NCBI GenBank assembly: GCA_964016885.1
Contig: OZ024743.1
Span: 365,738,001-365,802,000, forward strand
Source: Eledone cirrhosa
Lineage: Eukaryota
Direction of reading: 5' to 3'
DNA length: 64,000 bases
Shown one piece after another: positions 29,001-43,643 of this stretch. Below the pieces are notes generated by a model that saw only the letters and a list, made by a program, of their open reading frames with translations, was not told the origin of the DNA and made no database searches. The stretch's first letter is position 1. Each line of letters begins with the position of its first letter. The translations under genes were made by a program, and so were the position numbers.

Positions 29001-29760
29001 ATTAGTTGGAGTGAAAATTTAAGTAAGTAAAAAATTTTTTTAAAATTTTTTAAAAAAAAAATATTTTCTTATTTTACGTCCTTTATATTATTGTTCTGCA
29101 TTCTCCTGCATTGAACCACCTAGGTACTATGACATAACCTGTGTATTTGCTGGCATGGGCGTGCATCTGTGCGCTTATGTTAGTTGATATATTAAATTAT
29201 CTATATTTATCTCCAAATCACTGATTTGTCGAGCAAACTTGTCAAAACCACTTCTAAAAAAATTTTTTTTGGGGTGTTAGTAGGCGTCAGTCATCTTACC
29301 ATCCCATTCCTTCTAACTAGCCTCTGTGTCACGTGATTGATTCTTTAGAATCGGCCATTTGACTTGAAGCAATGAGAATTTCGGTACATAGAATCCAGTC
29401 CTCGCAAGCTGTTCGATCTACCGAATTATTATTATTTTTATATGAGCCGCCAGTGTCCGCGCATTGCCTGGAGACTTAACTGAGAATAGACTCCCTGATG
29501 ACGCAATGAATTCTCGACAGTTGGATTACGTAACTGTCTTTATCCCATTGCAGAAACTAATTAGTTGGAGTGAAAATTTAAGTAAGTAAAAAATTTTTTT
29601 AAAATTTTTTTAAAAAAATATTTTCTTATTTTACGTCCTTTATATTATTGTTTGTTCTGCATTCTCCTGCATTGAACCACCTAGGTACTATGACATAACC
29701 TGTGTATTTGCTGGCATGGGCGTGCATCTGTGCGCTTATGTTAGTTGATATATTAAATTA

Positions 29761-29765
<5 letters not shown>
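26001..29765. repeat. 557-bp tandem satellite, ~2.85 units in one orientation then ~3.9 units inverted (switch at 27588/27589), inside (TA)n
   Basis: TAAAGGACGT at 26001, 26559 and 27116; its reverse complement ends near 27972, 28527, 29085 and 29642. Units differ almost only in homopolymer lengths. Confidence 0.97.
28377..28458 (+). ncRNA. Type I hammerhead, one per satellite unit (also 27820-27901+, 28931-29012+, 29490-29571+, 26072-26153-, 26630-26711-, 27186-27267-)
   Basis: ACTCC-CTGATGA-cGCAATG..GACAGTT..AACTGTC..CATTGCa-GAAA-CTAATTAG-TT-GGAGT. Confidence 0.87.
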
Positions 29766-29825
<60 letters not shown>

Positions 29826-29830
29826 GTATG

Positions 29831-30080
<250 letters not shown>

Positions 30081-30675
30081 GTACATAAAATTGGAAGATG
30101 CCGACATGGTAACAAACTAAGATGGCCAGCAGGAGCGCCATATGGGAGTTGCTCAGAAATTCTCCTCATTCTGATACTCATTGTCGTACAGTTGTTGTCA
30201 CTTATGATGGAAATACCACACAGTCACATACACAGACCTAATCAATTATTTAAAAGTTTAAGGCTATCAGAGCCGGTACAGTAGTAATGCAAAACCCTAC
30301 CTCTATAAAACACATATCAAATTTGTGTCTCCCAGGAGAAGAAAAAATGACCTACAAATATTTATAAGTACAAAGTACTAGATATCTTTTAATATTTTAT
30401 TTCTCCCTTTATTTCTGTATGAATTTTTCATCTTATATTTTGTCGTTGGTTTTCTTTTATTATTATCATCATCGTCATCATCATCTTCGTCAACGGTGAC
30501 GTCTATGGTAGAATCAAGAGAGTATCAGGCGAAATGCTTTACGACAATTAGGCACGTTGTTAGCTCAGATTCCACCGGCGGGGATAACTTTGTCATTCAC
30601 CCTTCAGAGGTCGATAGAATAAAGTACCAGTAAAACACTTGTGTCTAAATTAGAAATAATTATTATTGGTGGTGG

Positions 30676-30709
<34 letters not shown>

Positions 30710-30984
30710 CTTCTTCTTCTTCTTCTTCTTCTTCTTCTTCTTCTTCTTCTTCTTCTTCTTGGTGGTAGAATTATTAAAACGTCAAACAAAATGCTTTGCT
30801 TCAATTGATTATGGTTCATTACAGGACTGGGTTCAATTAGCACCGAGGTCAACTCTGTCTTTCAGCCATCCGGGGTCGATAACATAAAGAACTACTCAAG
30901 TGGTTAGTCGATGTAATCGACTAATATACCCCACCTCAAAAATTTGCTGTCCTTGTGCCTAAAACAGAAACTATCATCATCATC

Positions 30985-31035
<51 letters not shown>

Positions 31036-31264
31036 GTCGTCGGTATTATTCGTAACATTATTTCATTGTTGGGTCTAGGTTACTCTGTTTCAACAATGAA
31101 TCTAGCTTCTCAAGGTGTGGCTCTTATTTGTTGTAATCACTCGCCTATCGATGTTGCATCAACCACACTTGTCGCATGCATGGGGTAAATCCGTTGATAT
31201 ATGTAGTTTGTAATAGACACCTTGTGGGTGTTAATCGGATAGTCTAGACGAGCTGGTGAGAAAA

Positions 31265-31727
<463 letters not shown>

Positions 31728-31743
31728 GTATATATAAATATAT

Positions 31744-31801
<58 letters not shown>

Positions 31802-31809
31802 CATACATG

Positions 31810-31849
<40 letters not shown>

Positions 31850-31858
31850 TATATTCAT

Positions 31859-31917
<59 letters not shown>

Positions 31918-31926
31918 TATATTCAT

Positions 31927-31990
<64 letters not shown>

Positions 31991-32020
31991 ATATACATAT
32001 ATATATATACATATATATGT

Positions 32021-32066
<46 letters not shown>

Positions 32067-32071
32067 GTATG

Positions 32072-32149
<78 letters not shown>

Positions 32150-32222
32150 TATATATATATTCATGCGCACACACAAATATATATATACATATATAATTAT
32201 ATGTATCTACATGTATATACTT

Positions 32223-32255
<33 letters not shown>

Positions 32256-33191
32256 CATAACGTGTGTGTGTGTTATGAATATATATACATATACATACTT
32301 ACATATATGAATACATATATTAAGTTCATCTTGAATACACGCCCATCTCGAATATTTATAATGACACAGAGTTAACAATACTGGAAGACACAGATCGTAA
32401 ACCTGATAAAATTTATAACAATCAACAAAGAGACAAAATCTCTTATACAAAATACCAAAACAACAATGCAGAAAGCAAAAAAATTTCATCATATTTTAAG
32501 ATCTATTTTATGTTAAACAATGTGAAATTTGACCGCACACCCAATTTTTTTTTTTTTCAAGGCGTATATAAATTATAGACATAACGTTTCTACAACTATA
32601 AAAATAACTATTATTTCTGCGTCTTATATTTTAGGCGTTAAACCTTTGTGCTTTTGGGGTAGGAAAATACAGGGAAATGATCATAACTTTTTTCTGTCGG
32701 GAGATGTGAGAACAACTAAATAAGAGAATGGTCGTTTCGTAAATTAATCTTAATTTGTAAGTCTTCCAAGTCAACAGGCAAAGCGAGAATATTAGAAGAG
32801 TGAAGAATCTTGTGTGATGTAGATTTATTAAAGATAACTGGAATTGAGCAAAGTGGTGTGAGTATAACAAATAAAACAGCAGTAAAATGGTTTCTTATAT
32901 TACAATTTAAGATATATGGGAAAGATTTAATCGATTAAAGGTTTTAAAAAAAGGTAAAGCCTATTTCCAAACCAGAGGCTCCTCTGGCCAGACCTGAAAG
33001 ATGGAAGACTCCCCACCCCAGGGCATAATACCATCTACCACAGGGTTAATCCCTCGTTGTTGCTGATACTTATTTTCAGCTGGATTGAGAAGAGGGGCCT
33101 GAGAATCTAACCTACGACGTTACGATCGTCATCACAACATTCTAACCACTAGGCTGTTCGCCTTCATGTACACTCCCAGGATTAAATGGGC

Positions 33192-33293
33192 GAAGAAGAA
33201 GAAGAAGAAGAAGAAGAAGAAGAAGAAGAAGAAGAAGAAGAAGAAGAAGAAGAAGAAGAAGAAGAAGAAGAAGAAGAAGAAGAAGAAGAAGAA
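33192..33293 (+). repeat. (GAA)n microsatellite; a (GTT)n(CTT)n array lies at ~30676-30760 and many long (TA)n, (CA)n, (GA)n tracts occur throughout
   Basis: Read directly from the sequence. Confidence 0.98.
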
Positions 33294-35228
33294 GGGTTTG
33301 TCCTACTTCTGAGGTTTCTATAAATATTTCTATAAACATCCGCCTTTATTTACAATTACTTCCCTTTGTACTAAAAAAAAACTACAGGAATTAGAAACTA
33401 CCCCAGTACAGATATTTATTTATCGACCCCGTAAGGTTGCAAAGCGAGTTTTGAACTCAGAACATAGAATTTTAAATGTTGCCATCAGTTATTTTATCTG
33501 ACGCTCTCGTGCCTTCACCAGTTTGAATGCTGTTAGCATTTGAAGACTTCTCTATTTGATGGAAAGACCTTTCTTGAAAACAGACCCCAGAATGTATGTG
33601 TGTGCGTGTGTGTGTGTATGGTTAACGATTGCAATAACCAGATTTACAGATGTATGGGCAGTACACATGTGTAGGGCGTGTTTGTGTTTTGTGTAGGATT
33701 AGCAGCTGCTCAGGTTTAATATATTCTCTGGCCCTGAAAAAAAGATGTGTAGCTTTTTTACATAGCTTTGGTTTTGTACGGGATGTGTCAACACCTTGAA
33801 ATTTTATCGAGAATCCTACGGTCTAACATTTATAAAGCGTGTAATGGTTTTATCTATTATTTATGTGATGTGATAATGAAGTATTGTGTAAATGTTTACT
33901 TAAAATGTGCAGTCAGGTCAGAACAGGGGTGGGGGTAAGTACCAATAGGCAATTAGCAAGAGTCTACGACTTTAAAGAGACCTATTCTCCTCAAGTTCTT
34001 ATTTTTTCATTCTGTACACACTATATATATACATATACAAACCAAACATAGATCATGTATATTTAGGTACTTTCCTAAAATACTTAATCGGCAATTTTAA
34101 ATGGAGCCTATATTTCCCATCTAGTCTATTAACAGCTTTATGAGCCTAAATGTCTCACATGTCCATTAGCTTTGCATGACCCTAAGTGTAGTATGTATGA
34201 TTTCCTATCTTTTAAAACGATTGTCGAATTCGTTTGATATGAAATTCCTCACAATCCGAAATATGCCCCAAGACGAAATCAAATGAAGCACCAGACATAT
34301 ATATTAATGTAGATATATATATTAATGTAGATTTGTGTGTCAAATGTCAACTGTTCATTTTTCTTTGTGACTTGTATATGATGACCGTTTGTTTATCATA
34401 GCATTGTTTCGTTGCTAAGAGTATTGATTTCATTATTAAATGTTTATTAGAACATCGAAAGAAATGCTTTGAAGTATTTCTTCCGGCTCTTTACGTTCTG
34501 AGTTCAAACTTCATTGAGGTTAATTTTGCCTTTCATTCTTCCAGGGTCGATAAAATAAAGTACCATTCAACACTGGGTCGATATAATCGATTTTCCGCTC
34601 GCCATAAATTGCTCGCCTTATCCTTAAATACGGAAACATTATTAACCGTCTATGTTTAGTTGATTTCTGTAGAATATAGAGGCTTTATCAACTATAGTGT
34701 ATTTTTTCTATTTAGTTTTGAATCGTGTTGCATTTCATTGCAGTTGCTACTTTTTGTAAGTGCAGAATAAACCAGCAGAAAAGTGCTGTACTTATATAAC
34801 CAATGTACGAAGATCATAACATTTACGTTTGCATTTGAATATATAATATATATCTCATTAGACATTAGTACCTCATGCGTGGGATTACAAGCTTGTGGTT
34901 CGTTATTAATAAGATATTTAATTTTAATGTTTTATTTTATATTATATTATATTATTATATATTTTGTATTACAAGTGAAAATATATAGTCTAGTGCAATG
35001 TATGTTGCGTTATTTTACGACGTTTTGATAATGTAAACATCTATTCTATAGTTATATATATTTGAATCATACACATTTTATTAGTCTATATTTATATTAT
35101 AGTAACCATATCACATGATTACATGTTTGTATCCGGGAGGATGTTAATTCGATACTTTAAATAGCTCTAATACGTTATATACATCTGAGACTTTAAATAC
35201 ATCATATATTTGTATATTCCCTTTCAAT

Positions 35229-35290
<62 letters not shown>

Positions 35291-35829
35291 AATATTAGTT
35301 TGTTTATGTTACTGACTCTCTAAAACGCATTTAGCCTCCCACCCTAACATTTGCTCCCTTCTCACTCCTTTTCTCTAACTTTAAATCTCTCGTTTTTTTT
35401 TCCTTCTCTCTCTCTCACTCTCTCTCTCGCTCTTCTCAATCTTTTGATTTTCAAACAAGATTACTTCTATCTCTCAACATTGGTTTCTTTGGCACCGTAT
35501 CTCAAATAAGGATAATTCTTGTCAAGAAAAGCAAGGAACACAATTTTCAAATCTAAAATGATTAAAATTTGTATGAGGTTATGCAGGAAAGAATGAATCT
35601 GATTTTGTGTAAGTACAATGATAATGCCGGATATGTTTAAATCGTCTTCGATTTCCTCGCCGAAGTATAGCCTTGAGTATACCAGACTTGAGAATATACA
35701 TGATTCTAAAAGAAACCCAAAACATTCAATGATTATGCATTTAATACATGGATAAATTCCCCAGAGATAACTCTGCATGAAAACGATATAGTTAAGCAGC
35801 AGCTAGCCTGCTTAATTTAAGGAGACCGC

Positions 35830-36830
35830 ATCCACCAAAAAAGTAAAGGAGAAAATCTCTTCTTAGGAGAGTTATGGGGAAAAGTCTTCAAACACTCCTT
35901 CCAAAGGGTTCTGTTAGGAACAATATTTTTCAATTGATCCGGCTGGATCCCCAAGCAAAACTAATCGACCTCATGGATATTATCCAACCATTTTGCTCGT
36001 GGTCTACCCCTGGGTCTCCTGCCGGTTGATTTTGCCTGTAAAATTTGTCCAATGATTCTTTCCTGAGACGTTCTAATCACATGCCCGTAGTATCGGAACT
36101 GTGCTCTCTCAATTCGGAGATATATCTGCCCTACATGGAGTGACACTCTGATCTACGAGCTACGCACTCTATCGAGTAACGTTACTCCATGACCATTTGG
36201 GGTAACCATATCTCGGCCACTTATTTTTGCTATCGTATTTTTTCAGTCATTACACAAGATTCATTACCATAGATAAGGGTTGGCACGAATGCCGAATTGA
36301 AGTTAGCGAGTTGGGCTCTTTCACCTACATCCCTTCTTCTGATTACTGAATGCTAAAGCTGGCGCATTACTACACCAGCTCATGCAATTCTTGCACTTAA
36401 TGCAGCCTTTTGCATTCCATCACTCGTGAACACGGCCGCGAGATAATTGAACTTCTCCACTTGCTTCAGTGGAACTCCACTCACATGTGGAGTGCACTGT
36501 GCAGGCTCACTCGAGAGGACCAGAGTTTCAGTCTTCGTAGCACTGATTTTCATTCCACCCGTACAGCACTCTGTAGAAAACCTATGAAGTGCATGTCGGA
36601 GATCATCTTCTGACAATTTAAGTCATACTATAAGTGGTCCGCAATTCCAGCAGACTGATCCTACACCCACCTGTCGTGAAACCGCTCCCAACCCGTTTGC
36701 GCTTGCCAATCCTATTCATGAAGATTATGAATGAGAGAAGTGACAGTAAGCACCCTTGGCGGAGTCCGACTCCCACATTCAATGGTTTCGATTTAGAACA
36801 ATTTATCCAGATACTAGGCAATTAATATAG
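35830..36830 (-). mobile_element. RTE-clade LINE, degraded RT and C-terminal region (related 3' piece ~41056-41160)
   Basis: GVGLRQGCLLS..FIIFM, GMKISATKTE, QVEKFNYL, FRYYGHVIR..GRRPRGRPRAKW. Confidence 0.88.
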
Positions 36831-37454
36831 AGATATAAGGAGAAAAGTCAAAATCGAAATTGTTTGAAGACTGAATGCATTAAAATTCATTATTTAATTT
36901 CGCCGTCAACGAATAGTTGTTATGCACATTGGATTGACCAGTTCAGGTAAATCCAAGTTTGAATTTTATTCAAACTTGGATTTAACTGAACTGGTTAGAT
37001 AAATCGCTGAACTTGGAAGATAAATCGCTTTTTTATTGAGAGGACTTTGCTTCTAATGAAAGACCCATTAGCTGAGAAGCTTCTATAAGGAATCTTTTAT
37101 GTTTTGCTGTCTACAAGGAAAATAACACATTTTTCATATTTATATAAATTTTCACAGCGTGGTTTATAAACTGCTGCTCATATATATACAAATATACCCG
37201 CGTGTGTGTGTGTGTGTGGTGTGTGTGTGTGTGCGGGGTGGGGAGGGCTGTTGTTATTATTGTTACTCTTTTAACTTTTTTAGCAGAGTGAACGTCAGTG
37301 AACAGCGGGTTTTACAGTATGCATGTAATGAGGGTAGGAATCATATCCCAGCAGTGCGTAAATGGATGTTTCAGGTCTGACTTCGTTGTTGTGTGTGTAG
37401 TGAACCGTTAACAGCTGGCTATGGTGTACACACATGCACACACACCGGATTATC

Positions 37455-38260
37455 AGGATCAGGACGTTGTCAGCTGGTGCGTTGTCGTGGTCATGCAGCC
37501 ACGAGTTGTCCTCCAACAACTCTCACCTCTTCTCGAGTAGTGAATGAAGCAAACGCCGCAGGTTCTCTTTATAGACATGCTGGCTGATCATCTGGCCCTG
37601 TGATGAGAACTCTATGTGGATGATACCCTTCACATTGAAGAATGCGATAAACATGACTTTGATTTTGGACTTCGACTATCTTGTTTTCTTCGGCCTCGGC
37701 GACTCCGGCCTCATCCACTGAAGATTCTGACGCTTGGACTCCGGTCATCTCGATGATCCGTGATTCATCACCGAGGATGATTCTTCCCAGAAAATCTGGT
37801 TCAGTTTCAAAACACTCGAGGATATCCTGACATACCTGCACGCGCCGCTTCTTTTGGTCATCGTTCAGCAGCTTCGGCACCATTTTCGTTCAGATCTTCT
37901 GCATGTCCAAATCTTCGGTGATAATCTTACAAACGCTGTCGAAGTTCACTTGTGCCCAGCTCACTTGTGATCAGTCGAACAATCAGCCGTTGTTCGCCAC
38001 GCACTACCTGCATCACGCGATAAACGTTGGCCTCAGTCCTGCTCGTTAAAGGGCTTCTAGTTGTGAGGTCGTCTTCCACGTCCTCGTCTCCCTCTTCGAA
38101 AACCCATTATATCGATATTGTCTCATCTCTGCACACGTCCTACAGAATTCCGAGTGCGTCTGATAGAGTTTTCACTAGCCGGACCCAAAACTTCAGGCTG
38201 GTGGGTTGCTCTGTGCCCATCGAACGATGGCCTAAAATTGTATCGCTGTTAGCAATAGCA
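37455..38260 (-). mobile_element. Mariner-family transposase pseudogene
   Basis: MVPKLLNDDQKKRRV (WVPxxL motif), IILGDES (first catalytic D) and WLHDHDNAPA (second D), split across frames. Confidence 0.88.
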
Positions 38261-38353
38261 CATGAAAAAACATGATGGCGAGAGAGAGCTGAGATCGCAG
38301 TTATATACTCCCAGGATTTACGTCACACAGTGACGTAACACGCTAAACCCTAC

Positions 38354-38432
<79 letters not shown>

Positions 38433-38434
<2 letters not shown>

Positions 38435-39745
38435 TGTTATACTTTGGGAGGGTCATGTTGCCAATAAGAAATACACGCACCAGTTGCTTTCACTCCAATT
38501 TATTATAAATTAAATTTATAAATTTAAGAATTTATAAATTTCCGGTTGGTTGGTTGGTTCCACAACCAGACGATTATTCATATATTGTCAAAGTTCTTTC
38601 GTCACACATTCTGTGACCTCTTCAGTGACTGGAGATTATTTTCTTTGTTTTGTGCCTCTCCTTTGTTCTGTCCTACACCATCTTGTTTTTGTGTGTGTTG
38701 TGTGCTTAGTTTGCGCATGTGTTACATCCGGGTGTCAGTGTGTGTTTTTATTTGTTTATTTATTTGTTTATTTACATGTTACTGGTTGGTTGTTTGTTCT
38801 ATGTGTGTGTGTTTTCATTTTGTCCTTATTCGTAAGTTGTGATGTTGCTATTCCATTCATGTTTTCTATTTAATTTTGGTTGAAGTTCATTTATGTTTAT
38901 TGCCTCTGTGATTTGTCTAAACATTGCGTCTTTTCTGTGTGTAGATTTTATTTTTATTTCTATGTTCTCTAATTTACCCTTATGTTCTATTTTGGCATGT
39001 TGGTGGAGTATTGATGATTCTTTTTTATCTTGAAGCTCTCGCCAGTGTTCATTTAACCGTTCTCCTATACTACGAGCTGTCTCACCTATGTACACTATAT
39101 TCTTATCTTTACATTGTCCTTCAGTACATCTTATGCTATATACTACATTTCTAGTTTTACAGTTAATATGGGGGTTTAGTTTACAGATTATGCATTTCTT
39201 ATCTATACAGTGAGATCTTTGAAAAGGGTATGTATTGCTAATAAGTGTTTATATGGAGGTACCTGGTCTTTCTACTATCTTAATATTAAGTTTAAGTTTA
39301 TCTAGGGCCCTTCTAAATTTGTAAGCTAATTCACCTCTAGGGGTTGTATTGATGAACATTACACTCTGGTATTTATTGCTCTCATACCATGAGTTTATTC
39401 TATTAACCTTATTCCTAGTTCTTTCTATTCTATTCCAAAATTTGCTCGTCTTATGGTCTTGTTACAATCAGAGAGATAAAATCAGAGTATATAGAGGAGC
39501 CAGAACCAAATGGGGAAAAATGGTAAATAATGATAGAAATGGGACCTGCCCCTTGTATAGGAGCACATTTTAGAATAGAATAGAAAGAACTAGGAATAAG
39601 GTTAATAGAATAAACTCATGGTATGATAGAAATGAATACCAGAGTGTAATGTTCATCAATACAACCCCTAGAGGTGAATTAGCTTACAAATTTAGAAGGG
39701 CCCTAGATAAACTTAAACTTAATATTAAGATAGTAGAAAGACAAA
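38433..39745 (-). mobile_element. 5'-truncated PLE (possibly Nematis-like GIY-YIG) with internal inversion; related 3' end at ~40095-40440
   Basis: IVYSIRC..YIGETARSIGERLNEH..HAKIEH..RQITEAINI..LNRKHEW. 39267-39440 is inverted at 39568-39741. The element ends in a TA tract at 38433. Confidence 0.85.
38587..38629 (-). ncRNA. Minimal type I hammerhead downstream of the GIY-YIG ORF (degenerate homolog ~40277-40316-)
   Basis: Minus strand GTCA-CTGAAGA-gGTCACAgaatgTGTGAC-GAAA-GAAC-TT-TGAC. Confidence 0.78.
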
Positions 39746-39959
39746 AAAGACAGTTAGTCCATCCCTAAAGTAACTGTCGTTTTTGTTTATTATTATTATT
39801 ATAACAAAAACTCCGGATAAACATATATCGTTGAGTGCTTGACATTTGTTATATAAAAGTCGGCTGATTCTAAATCAACTAACTCTCTCTAATTGAACAA
39901 TATATAGGAGGATCCGCTATTGTTCTCAATTGGTATGGTGAACTAAACTGTTGTGTTAC

Positions 39960-40099
<140 letters not shown>

Positions 40100-40655
40100 C
40101 TTGGGTAGGGTCATATTGCCAGAATTAATAACAGAACACACTCACTGTTTGGTTGGTTTTCGCCTCTGTATCTTTTATATCAGTTAATTTATTCGGTCCT
40201 CAATGTTTACCATTGACTGACCAACGGTCAAAAATACAGATATGATATAGACACAAACACATATATATATAGTCTAACAAAGTTCTTTCGTTGCACATCT
40301 GCAACATCGTGAGTGGTGCTATTATGTTTCCTCCTGTTGTATTGTATGTCTACGCCATCTTTATTTAATCTGTTTATTTATGCGTGTGTGTCTGTCTGTG
40401 TGTGTGGGCGTGTGGTTTTGTGTATGTGTGTGTGTCTCTGCCTGTCTGTGTACGTTTATATATAGTTCAAGATATGACAAGACTAGTAGAGATATGCAAT
40501 ATATATGTATATATAATTAAGAATGGATTTTCGAAGGGGATAGAAAAGAAACTGCAGTTAAATAAGTTAGTAGAGAGAAAGCATATTTATTTTATATAGA
40601 AAGGACTTCTACAGAACCAGGCTTGAAGTCGATTCTAAAAGATATATATATATAC

Positions 40656-40715
<60 letters not shown>

Positions 40716-40776
40716 TTATATATACATGTATATATATATATTTATATATACATGTATATATATATATTTAGAGAGG

Positions 40777-40814
<38 letters not shown>

Positions 40815-41314
40815 GAGGGAGAGGGCGAGAGTGTGAGAGAGGGAGAGATATATATTTAAAATTGGGACCGTAGGGCCAAGCAGTTTCAGCTTTTGTCACA
40901 AGCCGAAACCAGTTGACGCCGCTATACCCACACTACGTCTCCCGTGCATCGAGTAATCACATGATTAGTGGTCTCCTCGGTCTTAGCACCGCAGACTCTC
41001 TCTCTCTCTCTCTCTCTCACTATATATATATATATATACATACATACATATATATCTTCTTCTTCTTCTTCTTGTGAGGGTCGTCCTGTCAGAAGCAATC
41101 ATCTCCAGCTGATCCGGTTGGATCCCCAAGCGTGACCAGCCAAGTTCATGGATCTGATCCATCTTGTTCAGGGTCTACCTCTGTGGTCCAACGATTGAAA
41201 AGTTTATACGCACTCACCTCTCTGAATAAGCAGTAAAACAAATATATATTTATATAAACGTAAAGGACTATATGTGCATGTGTCTGTCTGTCTGTCTTTC
41301 TATCTATTTGTGTG

Positions 41315-41483
<169 letters not shown>

Positions 41484-43261
41484 TAAAATAACAGATTCAA
41501 GTTTAAGGAAAGAATCACTGCTTTCACCCTTAACGGGATCTTCTAAGTTTCAGAAGATCCCGTTAAGGAGGAAAGCAGCGATTACTTGCTTAAACTTTAA
41601 TCTGTTATTTTAATAAATATTTGCTCCACGGTTTTTTATATATATCTATATATATATAATCCTTATCGAGCCTTATTTGGATTTTAGTCTTCACATTTTA
41701 TATATATATATATTTTTATATATATATATATAGTAATAATAATAAATGTGAAGACTAAAATCCAAAGAGGGCTCGATAAGGATAAATATATATCAGATAT
41801 ATGAAAATATGTAAATATGTAAAACATTCCAAAAATAAATTCTGCATTTAATAACTGCATGTGCACATGCACACATATAACTCAAAACATACACCTCTAC
41901 ACATACAATAACATCCATACTTGCACACAAATGCATGCAGACATATTTACTTAGTTGATGTTGTGTAAATTCAAAATGTTAGAAATCGACTCTCTCTCTC
42001 TCTCTCTCTCTATTGGTTAACATTTGTGAAATTATAAAATCAGAACATACATACGTACATACATGCATGCATACATACATACATACACACATGCATACAT
42101 GCATACATGCATACATGCATACATACGTACATACATACATATGAAGTTGAGTGCGTGCAAAGCTGGAGACAGGTTATCAGTATTCATGAAATAAAATAGA
42201 TTATCCCGCCACTTAGAACAAACCTAACAAACAAAAACGTTTATCATCATTACCACCCATATGACACCCATGTAACCATATAGAATCAGTGTGCCCGGGG
42301 AAATAGTGAAAGCTTAAAGCTGTCGTCAAGGGGGATGTTCTGACAACACCCAACTGTTTCAATTAATTCTTAATTACATTGCTTGGTGAATGTACAGAGA
42401 TCACAGAATGGAGTACATAAACTAGACAACGTAAGCCGTTACTGGATCTGCTAGAAGTAGCAGTTAAATATCCCTTAAATAACATTGTATTGAATCTCAG
42501 TCGATTCCGACGGTGCGTTTTTCAGTTGTTTCATCAGCAGCCTGCTTGTAAAATTAACGTATAATTGGCTGAACATTCCAGAGACACGTGTACCCATAAC
42601 ATAGTTCTCGGGGAGATTCACCGCGAGAGAGTGTGTGTCGAGGCTGTCCCTGTGAGTTATAAGGACAACTCATTTTCGCCAGTTGAATAGACTGGAGCAA
42701 CGTGAAATAAAATGTCTGACATGTGCCTTCATAAATGGCATCTACGATCTTAAAGATCCACATATTGAATATTGTTCTCCATAGTTTAATATAACATTTT
42801 AAAAAGCTGAGATGGCCATAGATGGAGTGCCTTTGATTATCGATACTCTCGATTGAAAGTGAATTATGGCTAAACAAAAGTGATAATTTAGTGAAGTGTA
42901 TTTGTATGCGTGTATCATTGAAAGTGAGTGTGTGTGTTTGACGCGTGCGTAGATAAAATTTCGGTGTACATATGAGAGTTTCAGCTGGTTGGAAGGTGGC
43001 TTAGCCCCATGTCGGCATAGATCTATAAGTTGTATGAACAAAAGCTTTTCAACCGCAACTATCCCGTCTTTTTCTGACACAGCAATAGCATGGTCTGTAT
43101 TTCTCAATGTAATCTTCCTCTCTTTTCTTTTCTGTTTTTCATGTTTTATGACACGGTGGTATGATTAGACCAAAACAAACCTGGCAATTGGCCCACGCCT
43201 GATGTGAAATGTGAATAAAGACGGTGATATTTAATATACACACACACACACAAACAGACAG

Positions 43262-43305
<44 letters not shown>

Positions 43306-43607
43306 TTATATATATATGTATATTTATATATATACATATATATATATAAATATACATATATATATATATGTATATGTGTGTGTGTCTATTAAATATCACA
43401 TATATATATATATGATATTTAATAGACACACACACATATACATATATATATATATATGACTTTTTCTATTTTCAACGGAAACTTCAATACATATATATAT
43501 ATATATATATATAAATATACATATACATATATATATGTATATGTGTGTCTGTTTGTGTGTGTGTGTGTGTATATTAAATATCACCGTCATTATTCACATT
43601 TCACATC

Positions 43608-43643
<36 letters not shown>

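Noticed and set aside
26001-29765. CRISPR-like or rDNA/snRNA tandem array
   Set aside because: Whole 557-bp units are repeated with no unique spacers, and I recognise no 5S, tRNA or snRNA sequence.
35467-35778. 103-aa non-repetitive ORF with a plausible splice acceptor (TTTTCATGCAG) on the minus strand, as a possible host exon
   Set aside because: No recognisable domain, and ORFs of this length can arise by chance in 64 kb; RNA-seq or homology evidence would be needed.
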